The notes below the pieces were generated by a model. It saw only the letters and a program-made list of their open reading frames with translations. It ran no database searches and had not been told where the DNA came from. Positions 21,674 to 33,830 of a DNA stretch of 64,000 bases are shown here, one piece after another. The translations under genes and the position numbers were made by a program. The DNA is from Perkinsela sp. CCAP 1560/9 (Eukaryota > Protista > Euglenozoa: Kinetoplastea), in NCBI GenBank assembly GCA_965644495.1, contig CBFFSA010000031.1, positions 34,694 through 98,693 of the forward strand, in the 5' to 3' direction. Numbering within the stretch: the first letter of the stretch is position 1; every line of letters begins with the position of its first letter.

Positions 21674-22597
21674 TTGCTCATCATCCGATGGTAGAAAGGT
21701 AACAAAAATAAACTCTCAAAACTTAACAAGCATACACTTTCTATAAAGCTCACACTACTGTTCGAAACCAAGAATCCATATTCAAACACTATAATTAACT
21801 CATAAACAAGACGTCATGACTATAACCAAAGAAAACAAAGTAACCTTCCCATCACACAACTTCTCACCTCTCAGCTTGCGAACGGGTCACGCGGGGAGTG
21901 GTTTGGGGGTTGGTGGGTGGGGAAACTTTAATCGCGAATAAATCAAACAGACGCTAAAATGAATCAAAATCTCAAATTCAATGTCAAATATATATCATCA
22001 CTATATCATCTTTCGCCACTATATCATATTATATTTCGGGGACAATAATTCGGGGGGAGATTTGTTTCGGGGGGAAAACCCCCGGTAGGGGGCATCCTGA
22101 ATAATGACGCCCCATCTCCTTTGATCAATTCTTATCGTAAACTTTAAGAATTGCTCATCATCCGATGGTAGAAAGGTAACAAAAATAAACTCTCAAAACT
22201 TAACAAGCATACACTTTCTATAAAGCTCACACTACTGTTCGAAACCAAGAATCCATATTCAAACACTATAATTAACTCATAAACAAGACGTCATGACTAT
22301 AACCAAAGAAAACAAAGTAACCTTCCCATCACACAACTTCTCACCTCTCAGCTTGCGAACGGGTCACGCGGGGACCACCCATTCGCACGTACTCCAATCA
22401 CCCAATCGCTTGTATGGCAGATAAATCCGGTGCCTACTCCAGACGTACCTCCCATTACAAAACATTTTTATATATATATATATATATATACATTTTTATA
22501 TATATATATATATTTATATATAGAGATATAGATGTAATATGAACTATATGCTAGAACTACTTTTTTTTTTTTAATCTTATGTTGTCCAAAGTCTCTG

Positions 22598-25360
22598 CTA
22601 CAATCTACTATACGGATCCGCAGGGTTATCCTCAGAACGAATATACTGCGCTTGGACTGCGATACCTCTCTTCTGCAAATAATTCAACAACCTACGAAGC
22701 TCTTCCGTGATCCCATCCGAGCTTGATACTTTCCGATTGACTGCAGCAACGCAAGATGTATTATCCACAAACAGGTCTACACACGTTCCTTTCTCAAAAT
22801 GTTGCCCGTACTTTTCAAATGCCAATCGCACTGCGCGGGCCTCCGCTCTGTTTACTTCATACTCAAATTCCTGAGGCCACTGTGCACCTGTGCACAACAT
22901 CTGACCGTAGTCAAGATACAAAACTGCGCCCCACCACGTGGACGATGCGTCAGTACACAAAACATGCTGATGCGGAACTGTGTCCGGATGACACGGTGGA
23001 TCAACAGGAGATCGATGTAATAGAGCATCACGCCATTCCGTAAGAGTAACCCGCACAGGGGTCGGTAAAGGTACTTGCTGGTCAAGAAGAGACGGTTCTC
23101 TGTTCAGCCGATTAATTCTACGGCGTACAATTTTTAATTCGAGATGAAACTGTGGTAAATGCATACCCATCACCGCTGACGCAAAAATCATTCGACCCAA
23201 CGCTGACTCCAAAGAACCATACGTTGCTGTAGCAAAATCGTCCTGCGTTAGACGGCGCGTTAATTTTGGACCTAACGATACCTTTCCTAGGCCATGGTGA
23301 TACGTGATACCATTAAACGTGTAGGTCTGCGATGGAGGGGCTCCGGCATCCTTAAAACGCGCATTGACTTCCCTAGCCCGGTTGTCTACGAACCTGACGT
23401 ATTGTTCAGCGATCACTTCGCTCCCCGCAAAACGGATACCATCTATATAAACATCGGCATTATCTGAAGAAAACGCGGCATCCGCGGTACAAAATTGCTT
23501 ATCCCCTTCCAGCGTCGCTGTTAGTACATGCATTATTTCGGGTGCACACCGATGCCCCATAGGCATTACATTCATTTCAAACAAATCGCCTTTCGCATCC
23601 TTAAATCGAAACTTCTCTCTACATGTTAAAGGAATAACCACTTGCCAAAATCCACACGCTAAGTCGCGCTTCACCGCCGTTTGTTCTTTTACACGATGCA
23701 AATAGTACGCTGCATGCTTTAACTCAACATGAGGATGATACGTTTCCTTAATTCGCTCGTTGTCACCTTGCGTCCAAGCAATGAAACGCCGTCGCTCCGA
23801 CCCATCTTCGGCGGGCTCAACTACCGTAAAAGGAATTACCCAATCCCGAGACGGGCGCTTTGCAGCCTCGGCGGTAGTAACTCGTGTAATGAAGCCTTGG
23901 GCTTCCAACAATTCTACGTCACTAGCTGGTAAAAAAGATTTAAATTTCGGAGCGGGAGCTCGCTCATCGGGAACTTCTAACATCATTTTCCACGTCTGAT
24001 CAAAACGCATACGTTGCTCTTCGTTCATCATTCCTCGTAGTTTACGAATATCCATCTGTGGAATCCCACTTTTGATATGCAAAGGAAGACCAAAATCTTT
24101 CGTGGTCGCCACTTTAGACGTGCGACGCGTGCGTGTTATAGTATGTCTTACCTTTTCTGCTGGAACATCATCAATGTACTTGCTAAAAACAAGTTCCTCT
24201 TCTACCATATGTGCAGCTTTCTGGTCGCTTTCTGGGTCCCGAGGGCTAACGCCGTTGTCACTGGGTCGGAATTGTACCGGAGTAACGATTCGATTGACTG
24301 GTGCTTTGCGAGGTGCTGTACCTCGTCGAGACGGACGTTGCCGTCGGCAACCTGCTTTAACAACTGCGTAATGGCCCCACGCTTTGCCGAATGAGTCCCG
24401 TATCCGCTGCCGAGAATTTTGCGTATCTTCGAATCCGCCTCCGTCACCGTTGCGCGTGACATTGGTTGGAGGTGTCCGAGTTTGTGTATGTATAACGCCA
24501 GGCGATTTGTTCCCTCGCCCTCTACCACCGTATACATTGAGGGCCGATACGGGTTCAGACGGGACGTCTTTGTCTTCCGTCCCCACCAAATTACAATTCG
24601 CGTTGCGGATACCTCGTAAAAACGATCCCTGGTGAGCGTTGCTGTCTCCGTCCAACGGCTTGCCGCTTACCAACACAGCAGCAATGTATGTTTTTCGCTT
24701 GACGGTAGGTGGATCCATAACATGTTCAATTGCGTGGTGGTGAGGGGGGACATCTGTCGGAACGGCTCTGCCGCTCCCTCGGCCATGAGGGATTTGATGT
24801 AAAAACGCAGGGGATTGGTTTGCATGCCGGCCATGCTTAATATCGCCGCTACGCTCCGCGCGTAAGTCAACTTTCCCTGAATTTTGATCGGCATTTCGGC
24901 GATGAAAGTCACGGCGTGCAACGGAGTTATTGGAATTCCCTTCCAATTGCAGAATGTTGTTAGACGCTCCCACAGCCTGGCTCTGGCCTGCCACGTGGAG
25001 ACGCTCCACATCTCCGACATTGCGTCCAATGCAGTGCGTACTTCTGGTGTGAGCACATTCACTCCCATTAGCAACTTCATGAGGCTTAGTCGCGCTGGAG
25101 CGGTCTGTTGAAGACTCAAAGTACCGTTGTATAATTCTCCTGAGGTGATCAATCTCCCTTTTAAGTTCACCGAGTTGGGCGTATACTCCATGCTGCATAT
25201 TTTCCTTCTCTTCATCACTTGCGTAGAAATTACTGTAATTCGACGTTTGAATTTTATGACAGTACTGGCCGTTAGTGTGGGGTCGTTTCAAAGACTCTTG
25301 CTGCTTGAAGCAGGGCCAGCCACCCGCGCCCGAAAACCCTGCTGGAAACGTTTTGGGCAA
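22598..25360 (-). CDS. Reverse transcriptase / RNase H (5' half overlaps the YR gene)
   Basis: Motifs RRRFI.W, DLACGFWQV, MPMG, YIDG, TDAS..WG, E.RA, VDNTS, NPAD.YSR. Confidence 0.88.
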   Translation of the reverse strand: MPKTFPAGFSGAGGWPCFKQQESLKRPHTNGQYCHKIQTSNYSNFYASDEEKENMQHGVYAQLGELKREIDHLRRIIQRYFESSTDRSSATKPHEVANGSECAHTRSTHCIGRNVGDVERLHVAGQSQAVGASNNILQLEGNSNNSVARRDFHRRNADQNSGKVDLRAERSGDIKHGRHANQSPAFLHQIPHGRGSGRAVPTDVPPHHHAIEHVMDPPTVKRKTYIAAVLVSGKPLDGDSNAHQGSFLRGIRNANCNLVGTEDKDVPSEPVSALNVYGGRGRGNKSPGVIHTQTRTPPTNVTRNGDGGGFEDTQNSRQRIRDSFGKAWGHYAVVKAGCRRQRPSRRGTAPRKAPVNRIVTPVQFRPSDNGVSPRDPESDQKAAHMVEEELVFSKYIDDVPAEKVRHTITRTRRTSKVATTKDFGLPLHIKSGIPQMDIRKLRGMMNEEQRMRFDQTWKMMLEVPDERAPAPKFKSFLPASDVELLEAQGFITRVTTAEAAKRPSRDWVIPFTVVEPAEDGSERRRFIAWTQGDNERIKETYHPHVELKHAAYYLHRVKEQTAVKRDLACGFWQVVIPLTCREKFRFKDAKGDLFEMNVMPMGHRCAPEIMHVLTATLEGDKQFCTADAAFSSDNADVYIDGIRFAGSEVIAEQYVRFVDNRAREVNARFKDAGAPPSQTYTFNGITYHHGLGKVSLGPKLTRRLTQDDFATATYGSLESALGRMIFASAVMGMHLPQFHLELKIVRRRINRLNREPSLLDQQVPLPTPVRVTLTEWRDALLHRSPVDPPCHPDTVPHQHVLCTDASSTWWGAVLYLDYGQMLCTGAQWPQEFEYEVNRAEARAVRLAFEKYGQHFEKGTCVDLFVDNTSCVAAVNRKVSSSDGITEELRRLLNYLQKRGIAVQAQYIRSEDNPADPYSRL
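24202..25218 (-). pseudogene. Tyrosine recombinase with one in-frame TAA at 24667-24669
   Basis: ORFs 24667..25218 and 24202..24537 are in the same frame. Catalytic set W*AASRW (R), HSAKR, AKH, LLRY. Confidence 0.85.
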
Positions 25361-26414
25361 TTACGCCACAAGTGCTCTGGGGATTGACACCCGAAACATA
25401 ATAACTTGCGTTGAGAGAAATTAGACGGACGCGGTTGGGCTTGACCATAACGTGCGGTAGAATAAACGTGAGCAGATGAATGAGCGACTGCGCGGGAGTG
25501 TTGCTTTTGACGTTCCACCAATTGTTCATTTACGTGGTGGTAAAACTTATCATTGGGCCGCACTTCTTTTTTCAGCTTCTGGTGAACCAATTCGACATCT
25601 ACCTGGCGAGCCTGCCAATACGCGTCGCGAAGAGTCTGAATGATTGCACGTCCCATTTCCAGATAGGGTCCTTCGTTCCAATTAGGGATGATCCGGGCAA
25701 AAAGAATCCACTTGAAGAAAACATTATTAAAAAATCGCTCCTGGCGTATGACGAATCCTCGATCCTGGTAATAATGATTTACACGGAGTCCATATTCCGG
25801 CGCGTCGCGGAGCTCACGCATCAAGTCTCTCGTTCGAAAGCCTCCATCATCGAAATAATTAATCCACGGACCAAAAGTAATAGGCTCATACGGATCTAAT
25901 GCGTTAGGATCAACTCCTTCCGGGATTTGTGCATTGGGATCGCTACTCAGTTGCGACGTTGGACATATTGGCCGTGCCCCCAGTTCTTCACGTAGCTCTT
26001 GGGTCGGAGGTTCATTTACATCCTGCGCTTCCTGAGCACTTAGGGGTCTTCGCCGAGACAACTTTCGTTGTTCAACGAGATTCACTTCAAAATAATCTAA
26101 GTCGGGGTGTGGAAACTCGTACTCCTTCGAAGGCTTATCTTCCCATACCCCCATAACTTTAAGCCCTCCTTACGTAACTTACCATATAACGTTTGTCGCT
26201 TGCCGGAAACATCATCCTTACGACGAAAGGTAGCCATCACATGGGCCGACGGATTATCTCCCTGCATACCTGTCAATGTTTCGCGGGCCATCGTGGCAAC
26301 TAAACTAAGCTCTTGCGGATTAAGCGGCTCGGTAGGCTCGAGCTGCTGCCCCGCCGGGGAAGAACTACGGGAAGATCGTAAGGTACGGGTATCCGGACCG
26401 TCGATGAGCGGCAT
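25288..26414 (-). CDS. Gag-like protein with CCHC zinc knuckle (probable 1-nt indel in the G5 run near 26150)
   Basis: CFGCQSPEHLWRNC. ORFs 26097..26414 and 25288..26154 join if one G is added. Confidence 0.75.
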
Positions 26415-26643
26415 AAAGAAACTTTAATCGCGAATAAATCAAACAGACGCTAAAATGAATCAAAATCTCAAATTCAATGTCAAATATATATCATCACTAT
26501 ATCATCTTTCGCCACTATATCATATTATATTTAGGGGACAATAATTCGGGGGGAGATTTGTTTCGGGGGGAAAACCCCCGGTAGGGGGCATCCTGAATAA
26601 TGACGTCCCATCTCCTTTGATCAATTCTTATCGTAAACTTTAA

Positions 26644-28045
26644 GAAGAAAACCTTTGAAGGTGTTGTCGACCTTGTGACCTTGAACTCCGATATACTCCA
26701 TAGACAGCTTCGTTCTTACATTCCTGCGATTTATTGTAGCTACGGTACCTTTTGAAACACTCAACGTGGTTTGGCAATCAAAGCCCCAGGTCAGAAAACA
26801 TACATCACCAGTTTTGGCATTGCCAATGGCATTGGAAATTCCTTCCGACGTCATTGGGAAGTTGTGTCGTGGGTCCATCGCGCTCGGGACTTCAGAATCG
26901 GGCTTCCTACTTACTCCGGTTTCGCTGGATAGATTTTCGGAGTCGGGATCGATCGGGTGTGGGGAGTGGCATTCATGAAAAACATGGGACGTATTAGGAG
27001 ATTCGGTTTCGCTTTCGATGTCCTGTGGGATCGCGTGGGTATCAACTGGTAGCGGCGATGGGAGCCGATTTTCTTCTGCCGCGTTTTGCGCATGACCGGT
27101 AGTTTGTGGCGTCGCATTAACGTCTGCAGTTTCCGCGAAGATGTCAAAGGCGCGTACGTCGTGTACATAACCTTCCCCATTGTAGGTGTAGCCTCTACTC
27201 ATCATTTTCGTGTGAAATGCTTTGCGCTCGTGTGTCCAAGGAGATTCTCTTTGTGACTGAAGTGTTTCCGCAGGCTCGTTTCCGGTGTTGAAAACTGCTC
27301 CGATGGCTTGTGCGGCGACAGCGCACGTCTTCTTAATTCGGATACGCCATTTTCCTGTTTCTTTTGGCTCTCCTGACGACAGATCCGCGGGTGGTTGTTG
27401 CTCTGCGGACGGCAGCTGGGTCTCTTTGTTCGCAGGTGTTAGCGTTCGGTCTGTTCTATGTGTTATCTGTGGCGTGGGCGCCGACTGTGTAGGTTCCGAT
27501 TGTGGACGTGGAGGTTCCGGTTGTGGAGATGACGGTTCTCGCTGATCTCGCGCTGGCCCTGGGGAAGGAATGAGCGGTAGACGGGGTGGTGATGGCGATT
27601 TCGGCGCTTCGGAATCGGCCGAGGACATCTGCAGAGCTCTCGTTCGCGCTTTACGCGAGAATGCGTGCATGCTGGGACGTGGGGCGGGTGGAGACGAGGA
27701 CAGCACACCCGACGGAGGCGAAGTCGGTCCACATCGTGGAGGTGAAGGGTGCGAAGGAGATTGCACGTGGGGCGCAAATGGCAACTGTTGCGGAGGTGGT
27801 GGTGGCGGTGGCAGGGGCGATGGTGGTGGCGGCGATGGGGGCGGCGGTGAGGGCGGCGATGGGGGCGGCGGTGAGGGCGGCGATGGGGGCGGCGGTGAGG
27901 GCGGCGATGGGGGCGGCGGTGAGGGCGGCGATGGGGGCGGCGGTGGCGGGTCCTTTGGGAGCTTCTTGCGGCGCGTGGGGGGAAGCGATTGAACAACGGG
28001 AGCTACCCCCGTATTCTTCGCCATGGCACGCGTGAGCATGCCCAT
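26644..28045 (-). pseudogene. CRE family D ORF, 5' part (Pro-rich N-terminus)
   Basis: Starts MGMLTRAMAKNTGVAPVVQ and contains a 24-bp PPPPSPPS repeat. Ends at ..TFKGFL at the insertion. Confidence 0.85.
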
Positions 28046-28073
28046 TTAATAAAATTTAATAAAAAGAGTCAAC

Positions 28074-28395
28074 AATTCCATTGTGAAGGCCTTCGAGAGA
28101 CTACACACGCTACTTATTGAAAAGCAGGTAAAAATGGCGAAACAAAAGTGTGTGTGGTTTGGTGGTCTAAACATGATACCGGTGCCTGACAAACTGAAGT
28201 CCGAAGGAGTCATAACTGCATCTAAAACAACCAAAACGCTCGGGGCATACATTGGCGATTCTTCCGCAGTAAGCCTGCAATTACAAGACAAGCTCAAAAA
28301 ATATTCTACGTGTTTCACAAAGATTTGTTGAAAGACAAGGACCTCTCACCACTAGTTCAAGTCTGCAGCGAAAAGGGCAATAATGACTGGCTCCA
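28074..28395 (+). pseudogene. CRE family D' piece 2 (internal deletion near 28315)
   Basis: NSIVKAFERL..KCVWFGG..LGAYIG, then jumps to ..CSEKGNNDWL. Confidence 0.8.
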
Positions 28396-28496
28396 CATCT
28401 CTTTATTCCTGCTAAATCCCCATCGCACCTCGCAAGTCGTACCTTTGCCCCATTCTCTAATAATTTGTTGGACTTGGTCAGGGGCTTTTGCGAAAC
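28396..28496 (-). pseudogene. 100-bp internal fragment of CRE family B
   Basis: Translates FAKAPDQVQQIIREWGKGTTCEVRWGF, versus FPKAPDRVLDIIKDWGKGSTCEIRWGF in ORF 792..1778. Confidence 0.8.
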
Positions 28497-31400
28497 TTTT
28501 TTTTTTTTTTTTGGAGTAATCTCCCACAATAAAGCGGGAAGTTGAAATGTTGTCTTTTATCTATTATAAAGGTTTACATCAATCAATCAATCAAAACTTT
28601 CAGCTGTGTAGGTCTACGAATTGATAGAACCTAGCCATGCGGCCTTTGGTAGGCTGTCGCGTAATTGCGTGATATAGTCTCCTAAATTTCCTCTCGTATA
28701 TTTCTTTATAAGTATACTTATAAAGAAATCAACTTAATATGCACTTGCGTACATCCCAGTCTTGCCTTGCGAACTTCCCAGAAACTGGCGTAACTGGGCG
28801 TAGACTTCGTTTCCATTTAAGTCTCGGAGTAATAACTTGAAGTCCATCTCCACTGTCTTCCTATCCAACATGGCTGCATCCGCAAGTGCATGTATCAGAA
28901 ATCTTGTGTTCTGGTGGAGAGAACCGCAAGAAAAGATCGGAAGGCATTGAAACGCGAACTCTGGAATCATACCGGTTGTAACGTAGGTATCTTTCTTCCG
29001 TTTAATTACGTCTTGCATTAGTTTCACGCAAGTTTTAGATTGGTTCGATGGCGCAAGCTCGTGTATTATAGACAACGGGGAAGTACTGATGCTGGAAAGT
29101 AAACGAAAGACAGGTCTGAATCAGGGACCCCGCTTAACTAAGACCCAATGTAAGCGACAAGGTTTCAAAATAGAACAATCTCAAAGCCCAAAGTCAGTCA
29201 GCCCAAATACAATTATATTAGAAAAAGCGCGTTCGAATCATTCGCAAAAGAAGCGATTAAAAGATACAGGAGAGGAAGATACCCAAGTGACAAAAGGCGA
29301 AAAACACAACGAAAGTCGACAGAAGACTACGGAAATCAATAAGACAACGAAGACATTGTCAAGTTCGCGATCAACTACGGGCAATAAGAAAGTAAACGTG
29401 ACAGAGCATGAAAAGTGACCTTTCATACTAATGCTTATGCAAAAATGAATTTCACATAGGAGGTGCATTTAGTTCCAATATTTTTCTTTGTATCGTTGCA
29501 AGTTTCAGAAAAAGTGGATTGAACCGTTTGCTGTCGTGCTCACATCGGCAAGTGACTTATACAGCAGACGAAGGCTAAGTACTGAAGTGTCATAGGAATC
29601 GAATGATTAGGATACATAAAATAAAAAGTCTGTTTGTTTTCGAAAAAATTTCTGCAAGTTAGTTCCGCGCGGTTGGATTGAAAGGTTAAATGTTCAGGAG
29701 AAAATTGTAAATCCTTTAACTGGGCAAATTCTCCCAGTGTTGGTTGGTTGGATTATAGACACGTCGTAGAAGATTTCTCCGGTGCTCCAGAAAATGGCCA
29801 GATCCGGCCCCGATCGGTATAGCTGTCGACCGGTGCAACATTTTTCATGAGTCATTTTATTCTCGGGTTCGACCTTTCGGCTACACACACCACACCGCCA
29901 CGTACTGAAGGCTCGCGGCTCTTTTTCACACGGTATCCCCGCCTTATTCGCTAAGTCGAACAGGTATTTCACCAAGCTATTATGTTTTGTTGTGGCATTA
30001 AAACCGTAGCACTTCACGCATCCAGGTATGTGGTGTAGACCAGATTGACTGTTCAGTATTGTTTTGCACCCGGGGCATAACAGCTTCTCAGGTAGACGAT
30101 GATGGGCTATTCCTAACCGCGTCATAATGGCCATCTCGAAGTGTCGCGATGGGACGAATCTAGCGGCAGACGTTAACCAGTCGTAACTTCCCTTGCGAGT
30201 AGTGGCGCTCAGTATTTTGGAAATATTTGGATTCTGTCTCAGTCTCTCCAGTACTTCCTCATGCTCTAAGGCTGCGATCGTTTTGTCATCTGTCGGGGGC
30301 TTTCGGTTTTGACCTTCGTTGGCAAGCGCTATATGATTTTCCACTGATCCACTCTGAGCAGAAAAGGATTTTTGTCGCTCATATGAGGAATACAATGAAG
30401 CTTCATACGCTGCTGCGCGAATTTTACTGCAGGACGTCAAACCTAAACCTCCCTTTTTAGCTGGTAACCGAGCCATCTCGATCTGATTCGCCGTTAGGGA
30501 TCCAAGCCATGTGCTCAAAACGTCTTCAACTTTCTCATCAAAACAGTCAGCGATCTGCTCAGTGATGTCAGGCGGATGTACACGCACTGCGTACTGCATC
30601 TTCACGTTTATGCTGTGGGATAATAAACTGAGCGACACATTGTTAAGCCCCATGATCTTCAGCCGACTGAAAGCTAAGTTATGTTGTTCAAGTTGGCCCG
30701 TCAGCCTCTCCGCCACCGTTGTATTCTTGCCAATGAATGCTCCCAACACCTTTGTGGCTTCATTTTCGTTGATGACTCCCGCATTCTCGAGACATGGCGG
30801 AATCGCAATTTGGTTCCACCCGCCGAACCATACACATTTCTTGGCAGCAAGCTCTATAGATTGTTCCCTGACGATTTCTTGGAGTCTGCCGAATGCTTTT
30901 TCGATGTCGGAGGCATTCAGAGATGATATTGTGACGTCATCGATGTATGCGTGTAATTCCACGTTCGGAAATTCCTGGGCCAGCGTCTCTAAAATGGGTT
31001 GCATATAGATACAAAAATAAAGAGAAGCTAACGGCGATCCCTGCCTGAGTCCCGACGAACTTGGCACGACTCCAAACAATTTGTTTTCCGATCCGTAGAA
31101 TAGAAGTTCAGAGGTGCCAGAGTATTCGACCTGGAAGAATCTTTGAAATGGTCGCAACGCGCTAAAGGCGAAAACGTGCTTTGCTATTTCTTTCCTGCAT
31201 GGAGAATTAAACGCATTTTTAAAATCAATTGCGAGCATCGAATGACCTTTATTGTAACGCTCACGAAGTTTGTGGACTATTCGTTCGCATCCAGCCCAAG
31301 CAAATACTCCCTGTTGCATTGGAGTGAAGAGTGGTGCCAGAGTGTGTTCATACCGTTGCATGAGTACTATTCCAGCCAGTTTGTTGAGAACCTCGCCCAT

Positions 31401-33830
31401 TGCTACGGGACGCACTCCTCCGTCCCCCTTCGGTATGGCGACCAGCCGAGCCCGGTTTAGACGCTGAGTTACATCCTTCGAGAGAAAGCCGTTTAGAAGA
31501 TCGCATATCATGTGACACAAGCTTCCGCAGGACACCTCGTCATCGGTCATGAGGCGCACAATACCGTCAGTCATTCCCGTAGGCCCGGGGCTGACTCCTT
31601 TCGCCAGCCTTTTGGCAGCGCTACGTAGCTCTTCAGGTGTGACCCCAGCCAAGGTGGGCGCGTCTTCGGGTGCCTCAAAGTCACATGGTTTTTGAGGATG
31701 CAACTCTGTTAACTTGTCCAAAACCTCCTCGTCGGACAAATTGATTGATTTAAACTTTTGACTCAATGCTTTTGCCGCTTTAGACGCGCACCCTTCCAAA
31801 ACTAGTCTCTTTGCTTTGTTAATGGCACGTAAATCCTGGGCAGCATCGCTGTCAACCGTCGCCTTCGGAGTGAAAGGTTTACGTCTTTTGCTGCGTTTAT
31901 CCACATCTCGTATTGTCGCCAATGATAGTTTCATCGCTGACAATAGCCGATGCCAAATCTGGTTTCGTTGCGCAAAATCGACATTTGCGTAGTTCCGTAT
32001 AATATCCCGCAGTGTGGCGACGACGCACGGAATAAATTCTGGACTCACCGTTCGCATGGTTGGGATCGGGAGATGATCAATTCCCTCGTTTCCGCAAGTC
32101 AAATGCTCCGCTAGTTGATGATTTTCCATGAAAGAGTCTCGCCGTACGGTCTCGTCTATCGAGGGAGGGGCCTGGTGCCATAATATACGATAAACTCTTA
32201 CGGCTTCTTGTGGCGGAAGCGTTCCTTTGAATTCGTCGCCGACGCTGTACCCACGAACTCCTTGATACAACATAGATAATTTCCCCAGACCTCCACGTTT
32301 GCTGTGTGTCCGTGTGACTTTCCCGATCGATACGTTGATCTCGTCGTTGCGATCGAATGTCCACACAATGGTGCATTTTGTTCCCGCTTTGATCTGTTTA
32401 GATTGCTTCCATATCTCGTCCCCTGGTATCGGAAATTGGGTTTTAATATTGGTGGTTCCTTCCAAGCTCTCTGCCCATGCTTCGTCTATATGCCTCATAT
32501 CTTCCTCCGCTCCATTTTCTCCGATAAATCGAATTCGCTGCTGCGGAACACTCTTCTCGGCATTTGCTGGCTCACCGTGTACTATGTTGCTGATCCTTGC
32601 CATCTCGGTCAAACGTATTCCGTCTCCCGTGTTGTCGTCAATCAAGTTTGTTGGAGTTGTCAGTCTGGCATTTTCAATATTTCCTTGCACGTGATTAGTG
32701 GTTTCGTTCCCTATCTGCCTCACGTCGATCTGCTTAAGCAGGTCTTGTGGAGATTCGCAGTCGTGGTAGACAATGTCCTCTCGCGATGTGATTTCGTCAT
32801 CCCCCGAGGTTGTACCGCTGATCTTGGTGGGAGTAATCTCGCTAATTTTCTGCGGCGTTGCTCCCTTAGTTAGTCGCGTCACGTGGTCGTCCTTTCTTGC
32901 GTTGATACCACTTTTCCGGATGTTCTTGGGAGATTCCTCGTTCTTCTGATGTGTTGTGTGTGCCTCTGTATTCCTTCCGATTCTTGCCAAAATCTCCTCA
33001 TTAACTAAGTTGAGCTTCGGTCTGCGCTTCGGACGGTTCAGAAACTTTGGCTTTCGTGGGGCAGTATTGATCTCCCCTTCTATGTCTCTTACTCGGTTTT
33101 CTTCTGCTCGACTGTCTGGGGTCCGATTATTGCAGTTTTTGTTACTTCCTGGCGTTGTTGCTCCTGGCCTTGTTCCGCACATCTTTCCTTCCTCGTCCCT
33201 CTCTCGGTCCTTTCTCGATCCCACGTCGTCCGCAGTCGTCGCATTTCGTGTGGCCCGATTTCGGCTGAAGTTGATCAATTCGCGCGTAGATGATACGATT
33301 TTAATTTTTCTGGGTACTGGCAATGGCAGTGGCAACTGGTTATCCACTTTGGACTTCGAGTTTTCTTCCGTGGAAAGCGTCGCAAGCGGATGGCGACTCG
33401 GTGATTGTGACAAAGGCAGCGCGGCTGGAGGGGGAGAAGGCGCGGCGGGAGGAGAAGGCGGCGCTAAGGGGGGAGTAGAAGGTGGCGCGGCGGGAGGAGG
33501 GGAAGGCGATCGCGTCGTAGGGAACGACAGCGCGCGCGGCAGAGGAGGAGGCGACATTGGGAGCGGCAGCGCTGGAGGTGGTGATGGCGCACGCAGCGGA
33601 GTAGGAGGAGGTGACGGTAGAGGAATTGACGGCTCGCGCGGAGGCGGTGGAGGCGACGTCGGTGGAGGAGAAGCGTCCGACGATGGCGCCCGCCCTAAAG
33701 GGTATTTTTTCTTCCGGCGGGTAGGCGGCAGCGGCTGGACAACGGGAGCTACTCCCGTCTCCTTCGCGCGGCTCCGGGTGAACATGCCCATGAAGGGTGA
33801 GAGAATAAGAAAAGGAAAAAAGACAACAAG
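28497..33830 (-). mobile_element. Full-length CRE family C, copy 2, interrupted in the endonuclease
   Basis: Poly(T) at 28497-28512. ORF from 33791 to 28734 is split by the 29075-29751 insertion. Confidence 0.9.
29075..29751 (+). mobile_element. 677-bp retro-insertion (truncated LINE or SINE) with a (TTGG)n tail
   Basis: TSD ATTATAGACA at 29065-29074 and 29752-29761. Stem-loop ACTGGG-N8-CCCAGT just before TTGGTTGGTTGG. Confidence 0.75.

Larger units (their letters stand above)
21674..26643 (-). mobile_element. TATE/VIPER/Ngaro-like YR retrotransposon YR3 with split direct repeats A1-ORFs-B1-A2-B2
   Basis: Repeat A at about 26419-26646 and 21922-22150 (I saw 2 mismatches). Repeat B at 22148-22374 and 21671-21897. 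Encodes gag, YR and RT-RH. Confidence 0.9.
17724..28073 (-). mobile_element. Full-length CRE-like family D with poly(A) tail, carrying two nested insertions
   Basis: Poly(T) at 17722-17742. TSD AATTCCATT at 17715-17723 and 28074-28082. Confidence 0.88.

Noticed and set aside
21674-22374. Hammerhead or HDV ribozymes in YR repeats or CRE 5' ends
   Set aside because: I could not build a CUGANGA/GAAA core with stems or an HDV double pseudoknot by eye; an Infernal search would be needed.
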